64,000 nt of DNA from Vulcanimicrobiota bacterium (GTDB lineage: Bacteria; Vulcanimicrobiota; Vulcanimicrobiia; Vulcanimicrobiales; Vulcanimicrobiaceae): positions 384,001 to 448,000 of the forward strand of contig CAWHWQ010000005.1 in NCBI GenBank assembly GCA_963833095.1. Direction: 5' to 3'. Positions within the stretch are counted from its first letter, which is position 1, and every line of letters starts with the position of its first letter. Below the pieces are notes generated by a model. It was not told the DNA's origin and did not search any database. It saw only the letters and a program-made list of their open reading frames with translations. A program made the position numbers and the translations under genes. This document shows, piece by piece, positions 1-12,847 of the stretch.

Positions 1-474
1 CACCACATCTTGGGTTCAACGCTCGGGCCGTTCGAGGCTTGGCTCTTGCTGCGCGGCTTGCGTACGCTCGAGATGCGTGTTGAACGGCACAACGCCAACG
101 CGTTGGCCGTTGCGCGCGCAATGGAAGCGCATCCCCGCGTTACCCGTGTTTACTATCCGGGGCTTGAAACCCATCCCGGCGCCCAGATCGCCAAGCGGCA
201 GATGCGCGGCTTCGGCGGCCTGGTCAGCATCGAGATCGACGGAACGTTCGACGACGCGCGTGGCGTCATCGACCGTTTGCGACTCTTTCATTCGGCTGCC
301 AGTTTGGGCGGCGTGGAGTCATTGGTAGCGCAGCCTGCAACGATGTGGCCCGCTTCGAGCACATCCGCGAATGCGCGCGCGATGGGCATCATTCCGTCGT
401 TGCTGCGCCTTTCGATCGGGGTTGAGCGCGCCCAGGATCTCATCGACGACCTCGCACGCGCGCTTACGTTCTAA
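1..474 (+). CDS. PLP-dependent Cys/Met metabolism enzyme (cystathionine gamma-synthase/lyase or methionine gamma-lyase family), 5'-truncated by window edge
   Basis: LLLRGLRTL..R, VYYPGL..HP, SLGGVESL and LLRLSIGVE...DLIDDL motifs of the family C-terminus. Confidence 0.9.
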   Translation, partial: HHILGSTLGPFEAWLLLRGLRTLEMRVERHNANALAVARAMEAHPRVTRVYYPGLETHPGAQIAKRQMRGFGGLVSIEIDGTFDDARGVIDRLRLFHSAASLGGVESLVAQPATMWPASSTSANARAMGIIPSLLRLSIGVERAQDLIDDLARALTF

Positions 475-477
475 GCG

Positions 478-1248
478 GTGAAGAAGCCCTGGGAACCCGA
501 GATCGACGTTGATGCGCCCCTCGCTCGGCGCTTGATCGCTGAGCAATTCCCGCAGTTTTCCGATGCCTCGCTGCGGCGCATCGGCGCAGGCTGGGACAAC
601 GCTGCGTACTTGGTCGAAGAGCACCTCATCTTTCGGTTTCCCCGGCGCACCGTCTCAGCGCCCTCGATCGTGAAAGAATCCGCTGTGTTGCCGCTGTTGG
701 CTCCGCGGCTTCCGTTCGCAATTCCGAAGCCGCTTTTTACCGGCGCACCGAGCGACGCGTATCCCTGGCACTTCGGCGGCTACGAGATTTTGTTCGGCGC
801 GCCGGCGGATACGCGCGAACTCACTGCAGACGACGCCCGCGCGCTCGCTCTCGATCTGGCGACGTTCTTGCGCGCACTTCACGATCTCGATCCGGGGCCG
901 CTGCTGGCCCACGATTTACGGAGCGACGAAATCGGCAAACTCGACCCAAAACGGCTCGGCGTGGATGAACCACCCCTTGAGGGAGCGCTGCGGATCGTGC
1001 ACGGTGATCTCTACGAAAAGCATCTGCTGCTCGATCAGCGTAACCGGCTGTGCGGCATCATCGACTGGGGCGACGTCCACCACGGACTCCCAGCGGTCGA
1101 TCTCTCCGCCGTTCATATGGTGATCCCGCCCGAGTTTCACGGCGCGTTTCTCTCAAGGTATGGCCAGGTCGACGAACGCACGTGGCAGTTTGCAGGCCAT
1201 CGCGCGCGTTACCACGTCGCGATGCGCCAAGAGGCTAATGCACGTTGA
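478..1248 (+). CDS. Aminoglycoside phosphotransferase (APH)-family kinase
   Basis: GWDN, IFRFPR, HGDL and GIIDWGD motifs. Confidence 0.85.
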   Translation: MKKPWEPEIDVDAPLARRLIAEQFPQFSDASLRRIGAGWDNAAYLVEEHLIFRFPRRTVSAPSIVKESAVLPLLAPRLPFAIPKPLFTGAPSDAYPWHFGGYEILFGAPADTRELTADDARALALDLATFLRALHDLDPGPLLAHDLRSDEIGKLDPKRLGVDEPPLEGALRIVHGDLYEKHLLLDQRNRLCGIIDWGDVHHGLPAVDLSAVHMVIPPEFHGAFLSRYGQVDERTWQFAGHRARYHVAMRQEANAR

Positions 1249-2101
1249 AATAAGCCGCGAGATTCGCGTGTTCGTCGAGCTCGACGTCGATCGCGCCCTT
1301 CGCTGAACTCAAGATCGTCGTGACGCCCGGACCATGCCCCGCGACGAACGATCCGCCATGCACCACGACGCCAACCGAAATTGCGCCGCTGCGATAGATT
1401 CGGCCAAATGAATTATCGGCATCGCTGATTGCCACGATGTCGCCCAGACGCAACTCACGCAAGCCGTGTTTCTCTGCCAACTCGTCGTCGAACGTCTGGA
1501 TATCGTAATCCCCGCGCACGACCGTCGACCGCCCAAGCCCCGACCCCATGACCGCAGCCGGTGCGATACGTGCAACGCGTACGCGTAAGCGCCCGCCGTG
1601 AATCTCCATCCCCATGCGATGCACGAGGTCGGGATCGAGGTTGAATGCGCGAATATCCGGCAGATCCAGGAAGCGCAGCCCAAGCCCGCACGACCAAACC
1701 GTAATCTTGTCGCCGATCGTCATGCGGCGCATCACTTCGGGTGAGAAATCGACCATCACGTGCTCGACCCCGCCGTGCTTTCCCGTGACACGGCCGCGCT
1801 CACCCTTCGCATCGCCGGATGACACGACTGCCTCGTTGCCGATACAGGCAAGAACGTTGAGCGTCGTGTTCAGCCGGTCGTCGGGATGTTTGACCGACAC
1901 CGCCGGCTCGATGTGATCGGCCATAAACGCAAATGCCGAAGCGCCCACACGCACGTTCGGCGTGATACCGCCCACCGAGGGAACGATAAACGGCCGGCCA
2001 TCGAAACTCACGTCGTACAGGCCGGTGTTCACGAGCATCGGCGCAACTTCGCCGGTGACGGCGGAGAGCACCAGCTCTTCGCGGTTGATACGCAGGGACA
2101 A
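1235..2101 (-). CDS. DUF4438-family protein
   Basis: GGIT.NVRVG, DHIEPAVS, ACIGNEA, VTGKHGGVEH, GDYDI and GHGPGVTT motifs recognised from this family. Confidence 0.75.
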   Translation of the reverse strand: MSLRINREELVLSAVTGEVAPMLVNTGLYDVSFDGRPFIVPSVGGITPNVRVGASAFAFMADHIEPAVSVKHPDDRLNTTLNVLACIGNEAVVSSGDAKGERGRVTGKHGGVEHVMVDFSPEVMRRMTIGDKITVWSCGLGLRFLDLPDIRAFNLDPDLVHRMGMEIHGGRLRVRVARIAPAAVMGSGLGRSTVVRGDYDIQTFDDELAEKHGLRELRLGDIVAISDADNSFGRIYRSGAISVGVVVHGGSFVAGHGPGVTTILSSAKGAIDVELDEHANLAAYFNVH

Positions 2102-2145
2102 CGGACTCGCTCCATGCGGGCGCGAACCACCCGCTAAGCTCTCTT

Positions 2146-2520
2146 ATGCAAATCCGAAAGCACTTCCGCTTTGAAGCGGCCCATGTACTTCCGTACCACC
2201 CCGGCAAATGTGCCCGCTTGCACGGCCACTCCTACCGGCTCGAGGTCGCTGTGCGCGGGCCTTTACAATCGCAGGGCCCGGCGCGCGGCATGATCGCCGA
2301 TTTCGAGACCATCAAGCAGGTGGTGCGCGCCGAAGCCGTTGACGTGCTCGATCATCAGAACCTCAATGATTTCATAGACAATCCGACCGCCGAGCAGATC
2401 GTGATGTGGATCTGGCGTCGCCTCGATCCACAGCTCGAGGGTCTCGACGAACTGGTCTTGTGGGAGACGCAGACGAGCTGCGCCGTCCTGCGCCGCTCCG
2501 ACTTCGGCCCCGGGGCTTAG
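2146..2520 (+). CDS. queD: 6-carboxy-5,6,7,8-tetrahydropterin synthase
   Basis: FEAAH, KC.RLHGHSY, LDH..LN, PTAE and WET motifs. Confidence 0.92.
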   Translation: MQIRKHFRFEAAHVLPYHPGKCARLHGHSYRLEVAVRGPLQSQGPARGMIADFETIKQVVRAEAVDVLDHQNLNDFIDNPTAEQIVMWIWRRLDPQLEGLDELVLWETQTSCAVLRRSDFGPGA

Positions 2521-2534
2521 CGGTTCTTTTCGCA

Positions 2535-3110
2535 ATGCTGCAACTCGCGGAGATTTTTTACAGCATCCAAGGCGAGGGTACGTGGAGCGGAACGCCGGCG
2601 GTGTTCGTGCGTCTTGCAGGCTGCAATCTCGCCTGCGATTTCTGCGACACCGACTACTCGTTGAAGTTTCTCGCCAGTATCGACGACGTCGTGCGGGACG
2701 TTCGCGCCGAGGGCGGTGAATGCCCAATGGTGATCCTGACCGGCGGAGAGCCGCTCGCGCAGGCGGAAACGCTGCCACTTATCGAGGCGTTGCGACGCGA
2801 TGGTCGCCGCGTTCACATCGAATCGAACGGCACGATCTACACCGAACTTCCCGACGACGTGTGGCTGTGCGTGTCACCCAAGGAGCGTGTGGATCCGCGC
2901 ATGGCGCAACGCGCCAACGAGGCCAAGCTCATCGTCGACGAACGTGTGCCTGAAGAGCATCTCCAACTCTTTACAGGAAAACCCGTCATTTTGCTGCAGC
3001 CCGAGGGCAACAAACAAAAGAACGTGGAGATCGCGCTCGAATACGCCAAAGCACATCCGGAGCGGTTTCGCCTCTCCTTGCAAACGCACAAAATGATTGG
3101 AGTGCGATGA
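2535..3110 (+). CDS. queE: 7-carboxy-7-deazaguanine synthase (radical SAM)
   Basis: EIFYSIQGEG, CNLACDFCDT, TGGEP, LSLQTHK; start moved to ATG at 2535. Confidence 0.92.
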   Translation: MLQLAEIFYSIQGEGTWSGTPAVFVRLAGCNLACDFCDTDYSLKFLASIDDVVRDVRAEGGECPMVILTGGEPLAQAETLPLIEALRRDGRRVHIESNGTIYTELPDDVWLCVSPKERVDPRMAQRANEAKLIVDERVPEEHLQLFTGKPVILLQPEGNKQKNVEIALEYAKAHPERFRLSLQTHKMIGVR

Positions 3111-3724
3111 TTCTCTTAGTGAGCGCCGTGGCACAGGAACTCGAGTGGCTCGGACCCCGGGCTGGCGTCGAAACACTGGTCTCGGGCATCGGCCCGGTCG
3201 ACGCGGCCGTGCGCGTCGCCCGTGCGCTCGCGGCCAAGCGGTACGACATGGTGGTGAATGCCGGGATCGCGGGCGCCTTCCCCGGGGTCGCGCACGTCGG
3301 TGATGGCGTCGTCGTCGGCGAAGAACTGTACGAAATGCAGCAAGAAAGCGGCGCGCCGCTGGCTCTTCCGCCGGGCAATTTGATCGCCGATCGCGTTCCC
3401 TCTGATGCGCAGTTGATAGAAGCAATCACCTCGCTCGGCTTTCCGCTCGTGCGCGGCATCACCGTCGCGCACGTGACGGCTACCGATGCTACGGCGGCGC
3501 GCCTGCGCGCGCGGGGCGCCGAAATCGAATCGATGGAAGGATTCGCCGTGCTACGGGCTGCGCAACTCGCCAACGTTCCGGCAATCGAAGTGCGCGGCAT
3601 TTCGAACATCGTCGGCGATCGCTCCAAGAGCGAGTGGGATTTTGCCGCGGGAATTCTCGGACTGCGGCGCGTGCTCAACGCAACGCTCGATCTGTTGCAC
3701 ACCAGTCCGACTCATGCCGACTGA
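3107..3724 (+). CDS. mqnB: Futalosine hydrolase
   Basis: PNP/MTAN-like motifs GIGPV.AA, AGIAG, ESMEGF, EVRGISN.VGDR...WD; adjacent to mqnD. Confidence 0.85.
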   Translation: MILLVSAVAQELEWLGPRAGVETLVSGIGPVDAAVRVARALAAKRYDMVVNAGIAGAFPGVAHVGDGVVVGEELYEMQQESGAPLALPPGNLIADRVPSDAQLIEAITSLGFPLVRGITVAHVTATDATAARLRARGAEIESMEGFAVLRAAQLANVPAIEVRGISNIVGDRSKSEWDFAAGILGLRRVLNATLDLLHTSPTHAD

Positions 3725-4558
3725 CGTTCGAACGCACACGCTGGCCTATTCGCCCTGTCCGAACGACACGTACGTTTTTGCGGCGCTTACCAACGGACTG
3801 CTAGCCGATGCACCGGCGGTGCGCGTCCACTTTGCCGACATCGAAGAACTCAACCTCGCCGCTGCGCGCGCGGACTACGAGCTCACCAAAGTCAGCTATG
3901 GCGCGATTCCATCGCTCATGCGCGACTACCGCATCCTGCGCTCCGGCGGTGCGCTCGGGCGCGGCTGCGGACCGCTGGTCGTGACCCGGCCGGGCCGCGC
4001 GCGCGATCTTGCCGCCGTGCGCGATCTACGCGTCGCCATTCCGGGCGAACGCACCACCGCGTTCATGCTCCTGCAGCTTGCGCTGGGCGAACGCCCCAAG
4101 ACCGTCAAATGCGTTTCGACCAGATCATTCCCGCCGTTGAGAGCGGCGAGGTCGACGCCGGGCTGATCATCCACGAATCGCGGTTCACCTATCAAGCAGC
4201 GGGACTCGTGAGCGTCGCCGATTTAGGCGAATGGTGGGAATCCGTTAGTGGTATGCCGATCCCGCTCGGCGCGATTCTTGCGCGCAATGATCTGGGCGAT
4301 GAACGCATCCACGCAATCGACGAAGCGATTCGCGCCAGCTTGCGCTTTGCGCGCGCCAACGAGGCAGCCATCATGCCGTTCGTTCGCGAGCATGCCTTTG
4401 AAATGAGCGATGAGGTGATGCGCAAGCACATCGCCCTTTACGTTAACGACTACAGCGACGATATCGGCGACGATGGCATCGCGGCGGTCAACGAACTCTT
4501 CGCGCGCGCGCGCGCAGCCGGCATTCTGGAGGCCGATGCAACGCCGCGCTTTTCTTAG
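3714..4558 (+). CDS. mqnD: 1,4-dihydroxy-6-naphthoate synthase, split by a 1-nt frameshift near 4106-4109
   Basis: N-half (SPCPNDT, DIEELN, GGALGRGCGP, AIPG..TTA) in one frame; C-half (FDQI, IIHE.RFTY, DLGEWW, PIPLG, HIALYVN) in another. Confidence 0.85.
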
Positions 4559-5744
4559 CATCGTGGGTGCATTGCCGCTGCTTGCGGCAACCGTTCCTTC
4601 GGCGAACGTTACCCTCGGCGATGAAGTCTTCCTGAATCAAACCTGGCGCGAGCTTCGGGGACGGCGCGTCGGCGTCATCACCAACCAGACCGGCGTCACC
4701 TCAAAACTCGAGTCGCTGGTCGACGCAATCCGCCGCAATCCATCGATTCATCTCAGCGCGGTTTACGCGCCCGAACATGGCTTTCGCGGTGACCGCACTG
4801 CCGGCTCGTACATACCCTCGTACACCGATGAGGCGACCGGCTTGCCGGTCTATAGCCTATACGGTCCCACGCGTCATCCAAGCGAGGCGATGCTGCATGA
4901 GGTCGACGTGCTGCTCTTCGACATTCAAGATGTCGGGTCGCGCGCCTATACGTTCATCTCGACAATGGCTTACGCAATGCAGAGCGCTGCGGCGCAGGGC
5001 AAGGAGTTCTGGGTGCTGGATCGGCCCAATCCCGTCGGCGGCACGCTCGTCGAAGGGCCGGTGCTCGAACCCAGCGAGGAATCATTCATTGGGTTGTACC
5101 CGATCGCGATGCGCCATGGGATGACGGTCGGCGAGCTCGCGCGGCTTTTCAACGAGCATTTCAACATCGGCGCAAAGCTGCGCGTGATCGCGATGCAGCA
5201 GTACCGCCGCGCCATGATTTGGCCCGACACGGGATTGCAGTGGGTCCCGAGCTCGCCGAACATTCCCACCTGGCAGACGACCTTTCCGTATCTGTGCACC
5301 GGCTTGATCGATAACGCGGGCGTCAACGGCGGCGTCGGCACGACCAAACCGTTCTTTTATGCCGGCGGCCCGGGGCTCGACGCTGATGCACTGGCAAACC
5401 ATCTCAACGCGCGCAACTTGCCCGGGGTCTACTTTCGCTCGGCCTCGTGGTCGCCGATCGCGGGATTCTGGAAAGATAAGGAACTGCGCGGCGTGGAGCT
5501 GATGATCGTCGATCCGCGCAGCTTCATGGCCGTGCGCAGTGCCGTCGAGATTCTCTGCTCGGTGCGCGAGATTGCTCCGCGTCAGATCGAGATCAAAGAA
5601 CCCGCCGCGCTGGATCGCGACTGGGGAACGACATCGCTACGTTTGGGCCTGGTGAGCGGAAGAAGCGCCGATGCGATTGTGGACGAGTGGAGCTCGCGTG
5701 TGGAGGCGTTCCGCGAGCTACGCTCGCGCTTCTTGACCTACTAA
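4536..5744 (+). CDS. namZ: Exo-beta-N-acetylmuramidase NamZ (DUF1343/YbbC family), Tat-like signal MQRRAFL
   Basis: VGVITNQTG, PEHGFRG, SLYG, FDIQDVG.R.YT, LDRPNP, RHGMT.GELA, W...SPN motifs. Confidence 0.85.
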   Translation: MQRRAFLSIVGALPLLAATVPSANVTLGDEVFLNQTWRELRGRRVGVITNQTGVTSKLESLVDAIRRNPSIHLSAVYAPEHGFRGDRTAGSYIPSYTDEATGLPVYSLYGPTRHPSEAMLHEVDVLLFDIQDVGSRAYTFISTMAYAMQSAAAQGKEFWVLDRPNPVGGTLVEGPVLEPSEESFIGLYPIAMRHGMTVGELARLFNEHFNIGAKLRVIAMQQYRRAMIWPDTGLQWVPSSPNIPTWQTTFPYLCTGLIDNAGVNGGVGTTKPFFYAGGPGLDADALANHLNARNLPGVYFRSASWSPIAGFWKDKELRGVELMIVDPRSFMAVRSAVEILCSVREIAPRQIEIKEPAALDRDWGTTSLRLGLVSGRSADAIVDEWSSRVEAFRELRSRFLTY

Positions 5745-6058
5745 GCTGCGCCAGGAAGTTCGTCGACGCGCCGGATGATGTTCAGCGAGTCGGCGAGGGG
5801 GATCGCGCGCAAGGTTGACATGACGCGATCCTCGAGGGCGACGCACGTCACACGTGCGTGCAGCTCCGATGCGCGGCGCAGCAGCCCCTGCAGCGCCGCG
5901 ATCGTTGCTTCCTCGAGATTGGGGAACGTGTCCATGACGACAACGATGTTTTTTCGGCCGCCCGCCACAAAGCGTTCGACCTGCGCAAGCAGCTCCGCAT
6001 CGAGCGGTTCGCTCCCGCGAGCATGACCCGTGATAAACGCGAGGTTATGCTGTGTCAT
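5741..6058 (-). CDS. Small STAS-like (anti-sigma-factor antagonist-like) protein; start uncertain (6058 or 6103)
   Basis: ~105 aa alpha/beta pattern (KNIVVVMD...L...I.AL....RRA......VT) resembling STAS; the usual DSSG motif is absent. Confidence 0.45.
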   Translation of the reverse strand: MTQHNLAFITGHARGSEPLDAELLAQVERFVAGGRKNIVVVMDTFPNLEEATIAALQGLLRRASELHARVTCVALEDRVMSTLRAIPLADSLNIIRRVDELPGAA

Positions 6059-6126
6059 CGTGCGACTATCGTACGACATGAGTCTGGGGGCGACATTAGC
6101 CACGCGGTAAAGCGTCAGACCTCCGG

Positions 6127-6158
6127 ACTATACAAGAGCGGTGCCCCTGTCGTATAGT
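6127..6158. promoter_or_regulatory. Inverted repeat ACTATAC-N18-GTATAGT: back-to-back TATAGT -10 elements or an operator between the STAS-like gene and gltB
   Basis: Perfect 7-bp inverted repeat; the + strand TATAGT lies 5 nt before the gltB ATG. Confidence 0.5.
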
Positions 6159-6163
6159 TGGGC

Positions 6164-10387
<4,224 letters not shown>

Positions 10388-10389
10388 GC

Positions 10390-10433
10390 CTTGTCATGGT
10401 GAGCGTAGGCGCGAAGCGCCGTAGTCGAACCAT
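10390..10433 (+). repeat. REP-like palindrome, left copy
   Basis: CTTGTCATGGTGAGCGTAG-GCGCGAAGCGCC-GTAGTCGAACCAT; stem plus GCGAAGC mini-hairpin. Confidence 0.75.
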
Positions 10434-10436
10434 CGC

Positions 10437-10805
10437 CTAAGAGCTTTCGCGTCGAAACTCGTGGATAACCTCGATGGCGCCGACAAGATTTGCGTTAAAG
10501 CTTTCTAGGTCGGCGGCGGGAATCCAGTACTCCAGGTGTGTCTTGCTCCCTACCTGGCGCACCTCATACCCCTTGAGAAACGCCGACTTCACGCGAAAGC
10601 GCGTTACATAACCGACACCTGTTGTCTCCTGCGTATTCCATTCCCGAGCGATCTCGATCGCGTACTCTTCGTTCAGAACAGGATAGAATATCGGCTGCTC
10701 GGGTAACCGTGGCGGAAACCGCGTGTGCCCCGATTCTCGAATGAGATCGAGTTCGGATGCTCCAACAGGCCGATAGAGCGTTGTGGCTTCGATCTCGAGA
10801 GAGAT
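10437..10805 (-). CDS. Small conserved protein (~120 aa; from memory, homologs are often auto-annotated 'ADP-ribosylation/crystallin J1'); no canonical start codon, possibly 5'-truncated
   Basis: Manual translation: ...TTLYRPVGASELDLIRESGHTRFPPRLPEQPIFYPVLNEEYAIEIAREWN...GYVTRFRV...EYWIPAADLESFNANLVGAIEVIHEF...; absent from the ORF track; in-frame TAG lies just upstream inside the right repeat. Confidence 0.7.
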   Translation of the reverse strand: MSLEIEATTLYRPVGASELDLIRESGHTRFPPRLPEQPIFYPVLNEEYAIEIAREWNTQETTGVGYVTRFRVKSAFLKGYEVRQVGSKTHLEYWIPAADLESFNANLVGAIEVIHEFRRESS

Positions 10806-10812
10806 TTCGCCG

Positions 10813-10870
10813 TCCCTCGACTACGATGGGTAACGCTTCGCGTTACCCATGCTACGCTCGGGATGACAAG
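10813..10870 (-). repeat. REP-like palindrome, right copy (inverted relative to left)
   Basis: Reverse complement reads CTTGTCATCCCGAGCGTAG-CATGGGTAACGCGAAGCGTTACCCATC-GTAGTCGAGGGA. Confidence 0.75.
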
Positions 10871-10879
10871 GTGCGCAGG

Positions 10880-11398
10880 TCACTTCATTGCTTCGGCGCG
10901 GAGCCGAATCTGGTGCAGTTGCCACAAATGAATGAAGCGCTGCAGCTCCTCTTGCGTCTCGGGCTCGATGTCGGTGAACTTCAGGCCGTGCGCAAGTTGT
11001 TTCGTGGAAGGCACGTAGAACGTCGACAGGATAGTGCCGCCGATACGCATTGCTGCAAATGGCGCGGGTGCGCTTTTGACGGTTTCAGGACGCAAGCCAA
11101 ACGGCGTCTGCTTGAAGACTTCTTTCTCGATCGTAAGCTCGCTGATAAACTCGTCGGGCAGTTGAAAATCCAGGCTAAGGACCGAACCCTTGAGGAAATC
11201 CTCGTCGGTTGAAAGCCGCAGACCACCGGCCGAGAGGTCGTTTGCTCGCCCGTGGCGCCGGCCCGGCCGATCGCGCAGCGTGTACAGCACGTCGAATTCC
11301 ACGGGCATGCGAAAGGATGACCGTTTTTGCGGCGACTTGCCTTGGGCTTTGGCATCGCCCTTAGACGCGTCGGTGCGCTTACGCCGAAAGAAGAACAC
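10880..11398 (-). CDS. PilZ-domain (c-di-GMP-binding) protein
   Basis: QKRSSFR (RxxxR) and DLSAGG (DxSxxG) motifs, C-terminal GLKF. Confidence 0.85.
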   Translation of the reverse strand: MFFFRRKRTDASKGDAKAQGKSPQKRSSFRMPVEFDVLYTLRDRPGRRHGRANDLSAGGLRLSTDEDFLKGSVLSLDFQLPDEFISELTIEKEVFKQTPFGLRPETVKSAPAPFAAMRIGGTILSTFYVPSTKQLAHGLKFTDIEPETQEELQRFIHLWQLHQIRLRAEAMK

Positions 11399-11458
11399 GC
11401 GAGGGTGGCGTTGTCGCGGGCAGGCCCCGCTTCCTGCTCACCCAAAGACCAGCCGTGG

Positions 11459-12847
11459 ATGCTCCACCAACGGTTGATCGAAGCGCTTGGCGCAGACGCG
11501 GTTAAGACGGCGCCCGAAGACCTGCGCGCCTATGCGTTCGATGCGTATACCGAAGGGCGGCTGCCGTCTGCGGTAGTTCTGCCTTCGAACACGCGCGAGG
11601 TGAGCGCGCTGGTAAAGATTGCGCGCGATTGCGGCGAGCCAATCGTGCCGCGTGGCGCCGGCACCGGCCTGTGCGGCGGAGCAGTCCCCGTCGACGGCGG
11701 CATCGTCTGCTCGTTTACACGCATGAACCGTGTACTGGCCTACGAACCAGAACGGCGCCGCGCACGCGTGCAACCCGGATTGATCAACCTCGATCTCTCC
11801 CGTGCAAGCGAACGTGACGGACTCTTCTACGCACCGGATCCGTCGTCGCAACGCATTGCGACCATCGGCGGCAACATCGCGACCAACGCCGGCGGCCCGC
11901 ACTGTCTTTCCTATGGCACGACGATCAATCACGTGCTCGCGCTCGAAATCGTCGACGATCGCGGCGAGGTCTTCACGACCGACATCGATCGGCCGGGATA
12001 CGATCTCACCGCTGCCTTCGTCGGCAGTGAGGGCACGCTTGGCCTCGTCACCGCGGCTTGGGTGCGTCTCATGCGCTTGCCCGAAGCGGTGCGTGTGTGG
12101 CTGGCCACGTTTCCCGACGTAGAATCCGCTTCGGACGCGGTCTCGGCGATCATCGCTGCGGGAATCGTACCGACCGCGCTTGAGATGATGGACGCCGTTG
12201 CGACACGCGCCGTCGAGGCGGCGTTCTCGGCCGGCTATCCGACCGACGCGGGGGCGGTGCTGCTAATCGAACATGCCGGGCTCGACGACGATATGAATGC
12301 TTACGAACGTGAGATCGAACGCATCGCGCGCGAGCACGGCGCAAACTCGTGGCGCGCAGCGCGTTCGCAGGCCGAGCGCGATGCGCTCTGGGCCGGGCGC
12401 AAAGGCGCGGCCGGAGCGATGGGACGCATTGCACCGAACTATTATCTGCAAGATGTCTGCGTGCGGCGCAGTACGCTCCCGCAAGCGCTGCACACCATCG
12501 AACGGATTGCCCACGACTACAAGCTCACGATGGCCAACGTCTTTCACGCGGGCGACGGAAATCTGCACCCGATGATCTGCTATGACAAGCGCGATAAAAA
12601 GCAAGTCGCGGCGGTGATCGAGTCCGGCAACGAGATATTGAAAATGGCGGTGGATCTGGGCGGAACGGTTTCGGGCGAGCACGGCATCGGCTTCGAGAAG
12701 CGCGAAGCGATGACCGCGATCTATACGACCCAGGATCTCGCCGCGATGGCACGCGTGCGCGAGGTCTTCGATCCGCATCGCGCTTTTAATCCCGAGAAAA
12801 TTTTTCCGGTGGGCGTACGCTGCCCGGAAGTCGCCCCGGTCGCATGA
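11459..12847 (+). CDS. glcD: FAD-linked oxidase, glycolate/D-lactate dehydrogenase GlcD-like subunit
   Basis: PRGAGTGLCGG, APDPSS, TIGGNIATNAGG, GSEGTLG, HAGDGNLH, GEHGIG..K. Confidence 0.85.
   Translation: MLHQRLIEALGADAVKTAPEDLRAYAFDAYTEGRLPSAVVLPSNTREVSALVKIARDCGEPIVPRGAGTGLCGGAVPVDGGIVCSFTRMNRVLAYEPERRRARVQPGLINLDLSRASERDGLFYAPDPSSQRIATIGGNIATNAGGPHCLSYGTTINHVLALEIVDDRGEVFTTDIDRPGYDLTAAFVGSEGTLGLVTAAWVRLMRLPEAVRVWLATFPDVESASDAVSAIIAAGIVPTALEMMDAVATRAVEAAFSAGYPTDAGAVLLIEHAGLDDDMNAYEREIERIAREHGANSWRAARSQAERDALWAGRKGAAGAMGRIAPNYYLQDVCVRRSTLPQALHTIERIAHDYKLTMANVFHAGDGNLHPMICYDKRDKKQVAAVIESGNEILKMAVDLGGTVSGEHGIGFEKREAMTAIYTTQDLAAMARVREVFDPHRAFNPEKIFPVGVRCPEVAPVA

Noticed and set aside
2146..3110. 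queD/queE as part of a Dpd 7-deazaguanine DNA-modification defence island
   Set aside because: No dpdA/tgt-like, dpdB or other dpd genes nearby; context is housekeeping
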